Positions 12,417 to 25,200 of a stretch of DNA of 64,000 bases are shown here, in pieces. This stretch comes from Guillardia theta CCMP2712 (taxonomy: Eukaryota; Protista; Cryptophyta): NCBI RefSeq assembly GCF_000315625.1, contig NW_005434593.1, positions 235,648 through 299,647 on the forward strand. The letters run 5' to 3'. Each line of letters begins with the position of its first letter. Within the stretch, counting starts at the first letter, position 1. The notes under the pieces are model-generated. The model did not search any database. It was not told the origin of the DNA and saw only the letters and a list, made by a program, of their open reading frames with translations. The translations under genes and the position numbers were made by a program.

Positions 12417-13906
12417 TCAGACAGCCTTGGATATGAACAGCCGCCTGGAAGTCCCTTCAGTCTCTCCTGGGACACCAGGTAGCTTGATAGGCGAACTTTT
12501 CATCTCCTCCTTCATAAGGAGAGATTTCAGGCGGTCGGACGCAGCCTTGCGCTCCTCCGTAGAGAGGGTGTTGGACGGATCCACCTTCTTCGTGTCCTCT
12601 TTCCTCAACGGGGCCCTCGTGGTGTTCCTGGGAGGATCAGGAGACAGATCACGGAAGTTCTTGACTTTCGGCTGCTCCTTGCGTGCCGGGGACATTGTGC
12701 TCACTCTGTCGTACATGTCGAATCGGTTCCTCTCGGGGAGGTTCTCCTTCTTCGCAACTTCCTTGTCAGCCACAGGGGGGCTCGTTCTCACCTTCTCCTC
12801 CACCACCCGCGTCACCTTGGGGGAAGCATAGCTCTGAGCTGTCTCCGTGCTGGCTGTGGTGTCTCTGAAATCTCTGCGCTGTACTAAAGGAGCAGGATCC
12901 TCAACACTGATGCTCGAGGGAGGAACGTTGGCCAAGCTCTGTGAGCTAGAAGTACCGTTGGCCCTTGTGAAGGAGGACCTCACATCGGGCTTGGACAGGA
13001 AGAACGGGATCTCTTTGCTCCCCTCGGAGTACCGAGGAGAGGAAGGGCTCATATCAATGACTTCGTACTTCATCGGCACGGGTTCCACGGGCCGGTAATA
13101 AGATTGTTTCCCAGCAACCAGTCCAAAGACGTCGTCGGGATATTGACGAACTCGCTCGAGCCTATCTCTCACAAGCACAACAGAGAAAGTTGCGAACTTT
13201 ACGGAGGAGGACTCCCTGACAACTGCAAAAAACTTCAGACGCAAACTGAGCAACAAGCGGCAAAGACGAGGAAGTGGAAGGGAGGGCAACGAGCAGATAG
13301 GAGTCAGGCTTGAGGTGGCAGGAGAATGAATGGAAAGGGAAAGGAGAAAGCATGTGGCACATGAAAAGCAACAAGAGGAAGAGAAAGAGAGAGCGGGAAG
13401 GAGGCAAACAGCGCAGTGTACTCACGCCGTTTGAAGGAGAGCTTTACTTCAGTCCCGCAGGGTCCAAGAAGCTTTGGAACGACAACTAATGACGAGGACC
13501 CAGCTACGCTCTGCTCGTCGACGTGTGTGAGAACGTCACCAGGACGGAGCATGCGGCTCCTATCAGCTGGACCTGTCGGAGAAAACCTGGTCACGAGGGC
13601 AGCGGGGGACAAAGCAAGACAGGAGAGGACAGAGGAGGACAGAGGAGGACAGAGGTAGAGGAATAGGACAGGGAAGAGAACGTAGTGAATGGCATTCATC
13701 AACTCAACACGAAACAGGAGAATGAAAGGAGATTCACCATTCTTTATCATCGAGTCAATGGAAAGAAGGCCTGAGGCATCGGTCCGAAAGTTGATTCCTA
13801 TGCCGCCTGAGTGAAGATTTTTGTGGGTCGTATTCCCGCAACAAAGCATTCCATTGAAGAGGAAGATGTTTGCTAGACTCGAATCCGTCGACATCACTAA
13901 TGACAT
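12417..13906 (-). CDS. PDZ-domain protein with a low-complexity C-terminus (2 introns)
   Basis: GGIGINF...SIDSMIKNG/PADRSRMLRPGDVLTHVDEQSV...LLGPCGTEVKLSFKR is a canonical PDZ pattern split by an intron. Confidence 0.8.
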
Positions 13907-14837
13907 GCAGAAACGAATCAGTACGACATCAGAGCTTTATGAGGCTTAAAAGTTGAAAGGCGATCTCATTCCTGCCCGACGCTTCTCCTTACCCCTCCCA
14001 TCATCTTCCTTTCTCCATAGTCTCTCTCCCTCCCTTGCTCCCTTCCTCCCTTCCTCCCAACATCGTCCTCCCTCCCGCTCATCGCCATGTTCTGCCTGCG
14101 TCTCCGCTGATTGTCATGGAGTCGGGTGTCGAGCCACCCCACCCCACCCCCGCATGACTCATCAGAGTTCCACCCCACCTATTTCCCTTTGCGAAATTTC
14201 ACATGCACCCCCTACCCCACTTCTATCAGACAACTACCCCTACTGATTCCAGTTTCCAGAACCCATCTTAACTTACCCACCCTATCAAATTGCAGGTCAG
14301 GAATGGGTCACTACCCCATTTCCGACCCTAGGACCACCCCTCCTTTCCCTCGGAGTTTTCACTTTCAGGTCACGGAGTCCGAACCTGCTCGGTCCGATCC
14401 GTGACATTGCCAGTTGCTTGAAAAGTTTGACTAGGCCGCCAGGCAACACCGTGACATCAGTATTTAGAATACGTATCGTAATAACAGGGGCGTTTTCTAA
14501 TACATAACAGTAGTGATGGAACGGTCCCCGACAGTGGGAATGTTTGAGAGCATGGGGGGGCGAGGAGGAGGAGGAGGGATGGAAGGGGAGGGGGAGGAAA
14601 GAAGCTGTGAGTGTGTGGGAAGGAGAAGATGAGATGAAGCAGAGAAGAACAGGCCTGATAGTACTACAGCTGTGAAGAGTGATGGCAGAAGACAAGTCGG
14701 AGCATTTTGAGCACAAAGGTACAACACCTCGAGGCTCTCACTGTGTGAGAAGGCAGGAGTGTTGGAAGAAGACGATGAATTATGAGATATGAGAGTGAGT
14801 GAGAGAGTGAGAGACACACAGACAGACAGACAGACAG

Positions 14838-17800
14838 ATGAGTTGTAGGGTGATATCTCTGGTGAAACGAGGGGAGGACTCGATCACGATTCAAACAGCA
14901 TGCAACAACAAACAGTTCGAAGCCATCGTCACTGACGATGTCGAGGAGTTCATTCGCCATGTTGTTCTTACCAAGGACGAAGTCACGATCTTCATAGTCT
15001 TCAAGGACTCGGAGATTCTTCCATGGTGGAAGGTGTTTGCAATGATCGGATCCTTGAGGGCAGACTCTGTATGTCGTGCAGTGAAGATTATTGCCATCGA
15101 CAAACTCGCCGACCTCAACGACTGTCCCAAGAGTTTTCAAAATGTTCTAGAGTCCGACGACAACTGGGAGTCCTTGTTCAGACCCATCACAAAGCAGAAG
15201 TTGAGCATCATGGCGTCGAGGATCTTGGACGTGATCTCGAGGGGAGGAGCTGAGGTAGAGCAAAGGCAGCAGGAAGAAGAAGCGAAGGAGGAGCAGCAGA
15301 GCCGTGCAATCATGAATCCTGCTCCTCCAGCCCGCATCTTCTTCGGTCTGGATGGCCCCACTGTGTTCGATGACCGACCTGAATACGTGGTCGTGCACGA
15401 GGGAGGAGGGGAGGAGGAGGGGGAGGAAGCGAGGCAAGGAGGGGCTGAAGGGAGAGAAGTGGAGGGGACACGAGGGGGAGGAAAAGGAGGAGGAACAAAA
15501 GCGGGAGCAGGAGAACTGAGGCAAGAGACAGAAATAGCAAGGAAGCAAAACAGGAAGGACAATGAGGAACTGCAAACTTCGAAACAAACATCAGCTAACA
15601 ATCGCAAGGCTTTCGACCATGAAAAGTGGAAATTAGAAAACCCGGTAGAGTCATCAGCGCAAGGGTTTGACAACTTCGGGAACATGTTGAAGGAGTACAG
15701 GATAAAGCACAAGAGAGAGTTGATCGCAGAGACAGACGAGATTCTCATGTACGTCAACCATTGTGAGAAGCTGGGGACTGCCATGAGACAAGAGTACTTA
15801 GATCAGATCTCCGACAAACACCTCTTCCTCAGACAACTCTCGCTGGGGTCCAAGGGAGGGGTCGCGCTGGGAAAAAGTCTGCAATGGTGCCGGTCAGGAA
15901 TCAAGAGCATCGACCTAGGCTTCTGCGAGATAGGGAAGGCGGGATGCGAGTGTATAGCCGAGGCTCTGACCTCTCTCCCGTCTTTGTCCTCCCTGGACCT
16001 TGTGGGGAACAGGATCGGAGCGTACGGCGCTGAAGCTCTTGCCAAAGTTTTCTTGGAGTCCCGACACTCCAACACGTCCCTAACGTCGCTCAATCTGCGG
16101 GACAACCACCTGGGAGACCAGGGGGCCATCCAGATATCCAAGATCCTCTACGTGAACACGAGCCTGAGGAGCTTGAACCTCAGCGATAATGAGATCCTGC
16201 TGGAGGGAGCTCAGTCGATCGCAAAGGGAATCGAGTTCCAGCATGAGAATCAGGGCGTTGAGAGGTTGTTCTTGAGCTGCAACAACATCAAGTACCAGGG
16301 CTGTAGGATGTTGTGCAATGCCCTCTGCAGAAACAAGACGGTGAGGACGTTGGACCTGTCGTCCAACCATGTTGGAGACCTCGGAGCCAGGTCGATAGCC
16401 GACATGATGTCTATGAATGCGTTCCTAACCTCGCTCGACATCTCAAACAACGACTTTCAAGGTTGGTTTCCTTCAGTGTGTATGAGTGTTATGGTGAGGG
16501 AGACGTGCAGGTGCTGGGCTGACGCAGATATCAAAGTCCCTCAACGTGAACAAGACGATGACTTTCCTTGACATCTCCAACAACAACCTTGACAACCACA
16601 CCATGAACCTGCTGATCACCGCGTCGTTGGGTCAGGTGAGCTTGCACGTGCTGACTATCATCGTTGACGGTAGATGCAGAATCCCATGAGATTGCAGTTC
16701 TTCAATGTATCTACAAGACAGTCTGACAACGTCGGGGTTGCAAAAATACTCGGAGAGAAGACGTTTACCAAGAGACAAGACTTGCAAGCATATTTAGTGG
16801 AGGCTGAGCAGAAGCTGCGGGTTGCAAAGGACACCATGAAGAAGATGGAGAAGGAGTTGTTTGTGTCTGAAAGAATGATAGCGGACTTGGAGCATGTGGG
16901 TAGAGAATTTCAAGATGAGAACCTGCGGGAGATGAAGAGCAAGGTTGAGAACACGAGAGAAACCCTGCATGACACATGGACTGAGATATCCAACTTGAAG
17001 AGCATCCTGGTAAACTGAGACTGATGTTGCGGAGCAAACAGATGTAACGCTGACTGCAGGAGGAGGGGAATCAGCTGCTGGAGAGTTGGGTCCCGGAAGC
17101 AAACGTCAACCTACAGAACTTGCAGGAGCACAAACAAGTCATGGACCTTCTGCGAGATACTTCGACACGAAGGTCAGGAGCATGGGGAGGAGAAGACTTT
17201 GGAACGCACTGACCTTCCTGCTCGTCCAGCGTCAAGATCAACCTGAGAAATCCTGGTCACCGATATGTTGTTGCGACGTTGCTCGACTCCTGGACAAGAT
17301 GTTTGGGGATGACTCTGAAGATCGAAGTGAACAGGAAGACCTGGAAAATCCCTCCAAAGTTCGAAGACAAGAGAATGCAGGATATGCATGAGGCATGCCA
17401 GGCAGTCGACACCCTCCCCAAGTCAGGAGGAGGCATTATCCATGTACAGAGATGCAACTGGAGTAAGAGGAGCTACAACCTGAATCTCGACCGGGAGGAG
17501 GAGAGGAGGAGAGTGGAGGCTTTGAGGCAGAGGCATCTTGCCTTCTTCTCGAGCGAGAGGATCAGGAACTTCAGGCACGACGGCAACCTCGTGGACTGCT
17601 TCGATCACCCCAAGTGGAAGCTACCTCTCTCAGGACGCATCAGCTTCACCATGCACTCGCTGGTGTTCGACTATGACCCCGAGGACATCGTGGGGACCCT
17701 CACGCTGGACCTCGACCTCCCGTGGGAGTTGTCAGTAGCCGAGAACCTGTTCGAGAAACTCAAGCAGCGGGAGGCCCTGCGGCAAAACCTGGTCAACTAC

Positions 17801-19225
17801 AAGCCTTCAGCAGACGGGAGCTCCGCATCCTTGGTCCTCAAGCAGCACAAGCTCCCGTCCTGGAGCGGCAGGTGCTTCCTGGAGGGCGAGGAGGTCCAGG
17901 TCACGCCTTCTTCCTCCTTGCCGACGAGCGGCGTGATGCACATGGTGTGGGAGCGGAGCTCTGACAGGGTCCCTAAGATTGGGATCCACTTCGTGCTTCA
18001 TATGCAGTACTCCCTCCACCGATGGATCGCCGAGAAGCTCTGGACGCGATGCAACAGGCAGGCAGAGTTCGTCTCCTCCGAGTTCATCCTGGAGTACCCG
18101 CTGCTGAACCAGCTGGACTACAAGGACATGCACGGCTCCTTCGATCACCTTGAGCGCTGGACCTTTCCCGACGATGGACAGCACTCGACCCTCGAGCTCA
18201 CGTACGTCGTCAGAAGCGCCAAGTTCATCGAGTGGGTCAAGACTTGAAGCGACGTCGTTGACTGCATGCGCCAGGACGAGGCAGGTCAAATGGGACCTGG
18301 AGATTCCGGAGCAGCAGGAGGAGGCTGAGAAGACGCTCTACGGGAAGGACGCCGTCTCGATCTCGGACGTTCAGATCATGGTGAATGAGGAGGAGGAGGA
18401 AAAGGAGGAAGAGGAGGAGGAGGGGGGGGGGGAAGGGGGAGGAGGAAGGGAGCGGGGGTTGGAAAGGGGAGGACAAGGAGGAGGGGGAGGCGGTGGTGGT
18501 GGTGGTGGCAGCGGCAGCGGCCCCAGTCCCACTGGACTGACAGCAGGCGGCAGGACAAGCGGACGGGAGACAAGCGCTGTCTCCCCATACCCTTCAGGCC
18601 AGGGGAGCGAAAATTTTGGAGGCTCCCTTCCTCAGGGATAGTGAGCACGGAGAGCACAGCTGCTGGACCTCTCTGACCTCTGAAGTGACCAGGTGACTGC
18701 TGTGTATGGGCGGCTGAAGCGGATGAACGAGCACAAACTGCCCGTCCACGTAGTTCAGTCAGTGATAGCGAGGATCGACAAGGTGGTTGACTCGTCCCCA
18801 TCTTCTCCAGCCTGCTGACCTGCGGGGCTCGCAGGATGGGCAGAAGGCAGGGAAGGAGAGGATCTTGAGAAAGATTGTTAACGAGGACGCTGTCTTCTAC
18901 AAGAACTTGTCGGCCGAGCAGGGAGCAAGGATTTTCTTCCAGGCTTTCGAGGGGTCGGACTTCCTGGAGAAGGTGCAGTCCCAGTTGGAAGCAGACTTCA
19001 TTGACAAGCTCGTACAGATGGCAGCTGCTGACATCCTGTACAAGAACATCGCCGAGCCCCATCGCTTCCTCCAGTGCCTGGCAGAGCAGAGCTCACAGGA
19101 GCGCGACGGTCGTTCAACCATGAGGAGGAGGAGCTTTCTTGCTGACAAGTTTCTCTCCAGCGCCAGTGGTCGAGAATATCCCGTTGAGGAAGCAGAAGAA
19201 GAACCTAGCAGTCAAGATGGCCTGA
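14838..19225 (+). CDS. RNI-like (NLRC3/RanGAP-type) leucine-rich repeat protein with a receiver-like N-terminus, coiled coil and repeated C-terminal modules
   Basis: 28-aa LRRs such as LSSLDLVGNRIGAYGAEALA, LTSLNLRDNHLGDQGAIQIS and LRSLNLSDNEILLEGAQSIA. Further exons in ORFs 16674, 17279 and 18787. Probable stop TGA at 19223-19225 after the last intron. Confidence 0.75.
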
Positions 19226-19278
19226 GGCTCGTCATGGGAGAAGGAGCAGAATGTGACGCGGTTGATACAAGAAACCCC

Positions 19279-20919
19279 CTAGATCGACTTTGAGTTCGAG
19301 CTCGAGCGTCGTCGTTGTTGCTTCGCCCTAGTCTTGGTCTTCTTCCCGACGGAGCTCGGGACTTCTTCTGCCTCCTGCTCCTGCTCCTCCCCCTCCTCGC
19401 ACTTCTCTGACATCACAGACGCCTCGTCTTCGTTTCTTCCTTGTTCAACACAAACGTCGCTCCAGACCTTGACGAGTCTCTGTCAGCTCGTCGGAGTCTC
19501 AGCACAAACCTACTTGTCTCTCTTGCACACAGTCACTCATCGGCCTGAAATCTTCGTCGGGAGGATACCTGCGCATCGTCATGTCCTGCTCAACCATCAT
19601 CTTCATCCTTCACTGACCGGAAGGTGGGGCCAAAGTTTGCCTTCGCTCCTCCACCGTAATAGAAGGAGGCCGCCGGGTAATAGATCCCCTGCCACACATC
19701 GACAAACGCGTCTCCTGCTGCTGATCGTGACTAGAGGCGGAGGGAGAAGCAGATGGAGGATTAGAAGTCGATCCCGACGAAGGCAACGAGGGGGCGTAGG
19801 AGGAGAGGAAGAACGAGGGGAGGAGAGGAGGAGGAGGGAAGGAGGAGAAGCAAGACCTTGTCGCTCTCCGTTCTTGAAGAAAGATATCCTTGACCCTTGG
19901 CAAAGATTCGGTTCCTCGGGTATCCAGTAATGGCACCACAAAGGGCAGTGGTATCGACTTCCAACCTAACCGGGACCAAGGCCAGTCAAGATGCGGCGAG
20001 GAGGAGGTAGGAGAGGCGATCTGACGCACATTCAAGAGCTTCGGATTGATGGGGCTGGGCGGCTTTGACGGCAGCTCGATCAGGCAGCCGATGACGTCTC
20101 CGTTGCCGTACTTGCTTCCGAACTCCCTCCCCCTGCTCCTGCGCACTTGTCAGTTCCCAGTGCAGACAGGGTGGGCTGCTCATGCAGACCTGTGATAGGC
20201 TGCTCCCTCTCGACTTCCGTAGGCATAGCTGAACCTGGACACTGACTTCACCTCCTGTCCTCCACTTCCTCCTTGCGATATCACCCGGCCTCGCCATCAT
20301 CGCCCTCGGTCACCAGCGAGTACCTTCATTCGTGTCACCACCCCCCAGCGCCTGAGACTGTATCCCCTCTCACCCTATCGGAGCATCCATGTCCTCCCAG
20401 GGCACTCGATCCATGGCCCATCCAACACGGCAGTGGCACATGTCAGGAGGCCCTCTGTCAACCAACACTTCAGCCATACAGCATAGCCACATGGGGATAG
20501 TGAAAGAACATTGCATGTTACTGCTGCATGCTTCGTCGACATAACAGCGCCTCGTACGGCTCATCGCACGTGACATGCTCTGCCCCTCTCGCTTCTCACC
20601 TCGTCACGCTCGAGCTGTAGTCCACGATCTCGAGCTCGAAGAACCACGTCCCTTCGCTCACTCCGTGCGTCGCCCTCACTGACCGATGCCCACCGAGGCA
20701 GTAGGCCGTCTCTCCTCCTGGCTCCAGTCGCACGCTCTCATCCTTGTCCACGGAGCTCCAGCGCACTGGAAGTGCTGCTGATCCTGTCGTCCTCTCTTCC
20801 TCTATGGGCAGAACAACTTGAACGAGTTTCGTCTTAGCTAAGATGCTCTCGTCCACGAAGTCGAGGTGATACCGCCCTTTTCTTCTCTTCTTTACAGCTT
20901 CGTTCGCATTGTTCGACAT
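19279..20919 (-). CDS. ASH2L: ASH2L/Bre2-like SPRY-domain subunit of the Set1/COMPASS complex
   Basis: SVRATHGVSEGTWFFELEI, HCRVGWA, YGNGDVIGCLIELP, GSRISFFKNGERQGLA, PAASFYYGG.AKANFGPTF and YPPDEDFRPMSD are ASH2-family SPRY motifs in the expected order. Confidence 0.88.
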
Positions 20920-21839
20920 GTGAAATAAGAGCTGAAACAAGAGCTGCGCGCGGCAAAAGTTTGTACTAACCTTCGATACTTCTCTCCTCTACCTGCTATA
21001 CCTATCCTCCCTGCTCCTCCTCCTTCTCCCTCAACACATTCCTCCCCCCCTCCTCCTCATTCACTCTCCTCCCTTGCTCTGCTTGTCCCCAACGTCAACG
21101 TCGGGAAGTGAGAGGTCTGGCTTCAGAGCCCAGTGCACCACCGAGCTTCCACTCATCATCCCCGCCATAGTCGCCCCTAGCAAAGCCGCTAGCTCCCTTA
21201 CTCGCATGGTGCCGGGTGCGATCGCTAGTTGTGAGACCCGGCGCTCTAGGTATGGGACGTTGGAGTTCCGTTACAATAAAGGCTTCGCTGACCGTTACTT
21301 TATACGTTACAAACTGTAACGACATGGGTTGTTCGTTCCCAACAGGCACGATGCCGAGTGCAAGGCAGGGAGGAGGAGGAGAAGGAGAGGAGGAGGGGAG
21401 GGGAGGGGAGGAGAGGATGGTAGAGACGGGAGGAGAGACACATGAAGGAAAGAGGGGCGCAGAGGGGACAGGAAGGGATAGTAAGGGACAGGTGGATCGG
21501 AGGGGAGTTGCGAGATAGTGAGGTAGACGAGTAGAAAGATGTAGATAAGGTGGAGACCAAGTCGAAACAAGGGACCTGTAGCAAGAGAGACAGAGGAGGG
21601 AAAGATAGGAAAAAGGTAGTGGGAGGACGATAGCGAGGAGTAGACTCTCGGTCTGGCAATGAGAAGATTTGGACCTATACTGTGTTTTGAAGGATTTTGG
21701 AATGTGGAAAGGGAAATTTTGTTACTTCATGTCCTTTCATGCCTCTATAGACATCGTCGATGACATGATTCTATCAGGAGGTCTCAGGATGTGGCTGAGG
21801 AAGTCTTTTCTTCCCTCATCACTATCTCTGAGTGCATGG

Positions 21840-24226
21840 ATGCGAATTTTCCTGTGCTTACTCGCCACAGCCTCTGTGAATGCCGATCCCTTCGGAGGAG
21901 ATTTCAGGTACAGCATGCTTAGATGGGAGGAAGGATCGACGCCCTTCCAAGCTGTGATCACCCTCCATACTTCATGGAGGAAGTCAGCGGTACAGCTGGC
22001 CCCAAAGTTCCTGCTGCTAGGGTATCAGAACCCAACGATCTCCATCATTTCAGCTGATTTCAATGTCTCTTTCTCTGACCTGGTTGCCGATACACGAAAC
22101 TACAGCCAGGACGCCAACATGGAGACAGCATATAACGGCGGATGGATCATGGGGGAAACGAGAGTGGTGCAGCAGTTCAAGAGCAAGGGACCGCACAAAG
22201 TTACTTTCTCCGGATGTTGCTGGTATGGGAGCACCAACAACTTCTACCAAGAGATGTACATAGACTTCTCAACGGTGAAGATAGAGATTGTTCTTGTTGT
22301 TATCCTTCTCTGATGTCCTCGATTTGCAGAAATACTCTGCAAAGCTCTTCGGTCTACAGCACGTTAGCGTAGGGCCAGGTTCCTCTTTTATTATCCCAGC
22401 TCTTCGGCCATACCCCACTCAGCCGGAGTTGTACAAGTACTCTTGGTCGTTCTGCTCAGATTCTCTGGGATTGACTCTGGACGAAGCAACGGGGAAGCTG
22501 ACTGTTCCGTCTTCTCCACCGCCATCGAAGCTGAATTCGTTGAACTATCTCTGCGTCAAGAACTCTCTCCAAGGATCAATGTCCTCCAGCTCTACCTTGT
22601 TCCTGCTGGCCTACGATGCGACCCAGGCGCCAGCCTTGGCGGTGCAGAGCCTGTACCCAATGTCAGACTCCAGCCTCCCTGACGTCCTGGGGAACTATAC
22701 CTTCTATACCGGGTTCCCTATCTTCCTTAACCTTTCAGTGCAAGTCGGAGGCGGAGACTTCATGGGAATTCTTCAAGATTGGAGCGATCCTTCGCCATTC
22801 CAAATGGACTTTGATGGAAAGACCCTGAACCTGACCTGGACGAAGCCTTGCCTTGGCCAGCACAACGAGTTCATGCACTGCTACAGCTTCTATCGAGGCG
22901 TCGAAGTGTCGCGGCCATTCTGTGTGCACATCACACTGCTTGAGGACTCTGCGCCCGTCTTCCTGGTGACTAGATTGTCATCATGATCGTCCCAAGATTG
23001 ACGTTTCCACCAGACCCCGAAGCCCTGGACGGAGTTCTACTGGCACATGGGCAAGAGAGGTATTGCGAGGGTGTTGGTTTCTCGTAGGGGTGGGGATTTG
23101 ACTTTGTTGTTGAAAGCTTCCTTCGATGTTGTAGTACAAGACATGGCTCCACTCGACCTTATCTCAGTGCTGGAAATATACACCAAAACGATATTGCCGC
23201 CCGAATTTCATGTCGACAGTTATGCGAGGGTGAATGTAGCAAACAATGCAAGGTGAGCAATTCGTCAGCTGATATCGTTGCCTTCAAACATCGTGCTGAT
23301 TTTCTTGAACAGCATGTCTCTATCTCTCACAGCACCGCCTATCGCTGGTGGAGGCCGATATCTCGTAAGAACCTCCTGAATTTCTACGGCCTTGCTGATG
23401 CTAAAGACTTTTCCTAGGTTTGCTTCAACGCGTCAGATACTGCTGGCTCACGCTACAGGAACTGCAGAAGGGTCAGGACTACTTTGTGTCATTGCACAAC
23501 CAAGTCTTTTGATCCATTGATCAGGGGACAAGGGACTCAAGTCTCTGTGTATATATCAACGTGGAAAGGTAGAGAATGCTGGTGCGGGAGGTTGAATGCT
23601 AATCCATCTACTCTAACAGATGTCGATACGTTGTAAGACCGCGGGAAACCTTGCAAGATATCGCAGGCTTGTTCTGGACGGACTGGGTACAACTGTGGGC
23701 TGTCAATCCAGGTTTGATCCCGCCCCTGCTCTTTCTCTTTGTTCTGCCTATGCTCCTGCTCCTGCCCCTGCCTATACTCTTGTTCCTGCTCTTGCACTCT
23801 TCACTGCAAGTGAACGCTTGCAACAGACATCAGAAATCCAGACACACAAATAGGCTTCAATCCAGACTCTAACGCCTTCGGGGCGACGATAAACATCGGT
23901 TGCTTCTCACTCTTGGACTTGATCTGCCTTGAGCTGACTCGAACATGGTGCTGCAGGCCACTTGTACCAGGTGTCGGTCGGAGACACAGTCGCGAGCGTA
24001 GCGTTCAAGGTGATGTGTGTGTGTGCTACTGTACCGTCCCAGCTGACGGTCGGGCTCAGTTCGGGACCACCATCAAGAAGCTGCTGCAAACAAACGCGGA
24101 CATTATCGATCAGGTGGACTCAATCACCTTGAAGGTGCGTTAGAGCAGGAGGAGCCTACGGGTGCTGACCGGGCTGCGCAGGAGGCGAGTACACTGTGCG
24201 TGATCCCGGACTCGTGCCGACGCTAG
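21840..24226 (+). CDS. Secreted protein with beta-rich/Ig-like domains and two C-terminal LysM repeats (multi-exon)
   Basis: Signal peptide MRIFLCLLATASVNA. LysM-like YVVRPRETLQDIAGLFWTDWVQLWAVNP and YQVSVGDTVASVAFK/FGTTIKKLLQTNADI. Ends CVIPDSCRR*. Confidence 0.75.
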
Positions 24227-24396
24227 TGGGGGACGCAGTCTTGGTCCTGTGCTGGAGGATGCAGCTGTCTGAAGCCAGACTACGATGCATGTTAACGGAA
24301 TAGTCCGCCGAAGCTCTCGATGGCCCGGGAGGGCCACGGGCGATGTATGTTATAGATTCTTTCTACCGCGATATCAACAAAGCGTTAATCAAGCTG

Positions 24397-25071
24397 TCAG
24401 ACTGTCGTCTTCTTGGTGAAAGGCTTGATGAACACCCACTTCTTCTTGTCGCTATACTCCTCCTCCCAAGTCTCTGCACACTCCATCATCTCGCATTCAA
24501 CACTGCTCTTCCTCTCCTACCTGGATGTTCCTTCTTTAACTTCTCAAACGTCTTGTAGGCTGTGGTACTCTGCAGAAACACTTCAAACGATCGAAAAGTC
24601 ATGCATATGTATACCATGCACACAGCTGTGGGGTCGTCAGGGCTCCTGCCATCGTCGAAATGGTATCGCCCGTCCAATCGCATGTCAATCAGCGCACCTG
24701 AGGGTAGTGCAGTGAGAGAAGGATCATGGTGGCATGTAAGAATGAACATGTAGCCACTGATACATGACAGTATGATTCAGAAACACTTGTTGATGTGAAT
24801 TCAATGTGAATGTCAAGTCAATGTGAATGGCAAGTCAAGGTGGATGAGAAGAGCTGAGGGCGTTGAAGAGCGGAGGAAGATGAGTCATGGAGTTACCTGT
24901 AATGTCGCACACGAAGGGATCCTCGTCCAAGTCATCGGGCTCTTCATGCACATCCTCGACTTCGCCCTTGTCTACATCATCCACGTTCTTCTCTCCCTCC
25001 TCCTTCCTCGCCTCCTCCTTCTCTCCCCTCCTCTCCCCTCCTCCTCCATGGTTGCTGGTTGCTGTCTGCAT
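24397..25071 (-). CDS. Small hypothetical protein (acidic N-terminus, degenerate ZZ-finger-like segment)
   Basis: Spliceable exons give ...EDPFVCDITGALIDMRLDGRYHF...AVCMSTTAYKTFEKLKKEHP...WEEEYSDKKKWVFIKP. Confidence 0.5.
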
Positions 25072-25089
25072 GTGCAAAACGAGACTGGC

Positions 25090-25200
25090 CCGGATACTCC
25101 CCGGTCCGGATACTCCCGGATACTCCCCGGTCCGGATACTCCCGGATACTCCACGGTCCGGATACTCCCGGATACTCCACGGTCCGCCGGATACTCCCGG
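25090..25200. repeat. Minisatellite: 26-bp unit built from the 10-mer CCGGATACTC (8 copies of the 10-mer)
   Basis: 10-mer at 25090, 25106, 25116, 25132, 25142, 25158, 25168 and 25187, with another copy at 25322. Confidence 0.95.

Noticed and set aside
19225-19293. Apparent coding overlap between the LRR gene and ASH2L
   Set aside because: After removing the likely last intron, the LRR gene stops at ~19225, before the ASH2L stop at 19279. Only UTR overlap is likely.
21270-21345. Small hairpins (CGTTACAAACTGTAACG) in the ASH2L/LysM divergent spacer as a possible ncRNA
   Set aside because: Stems are short and no tRNA, snRNA or snoRNA boxes are recognisable.
25090-25200. Possible CRISPR-like or telomeric array
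   Set aside because: No unique spacers, eukaryotic context and not a telomere motif; it is a simple minisatellite.
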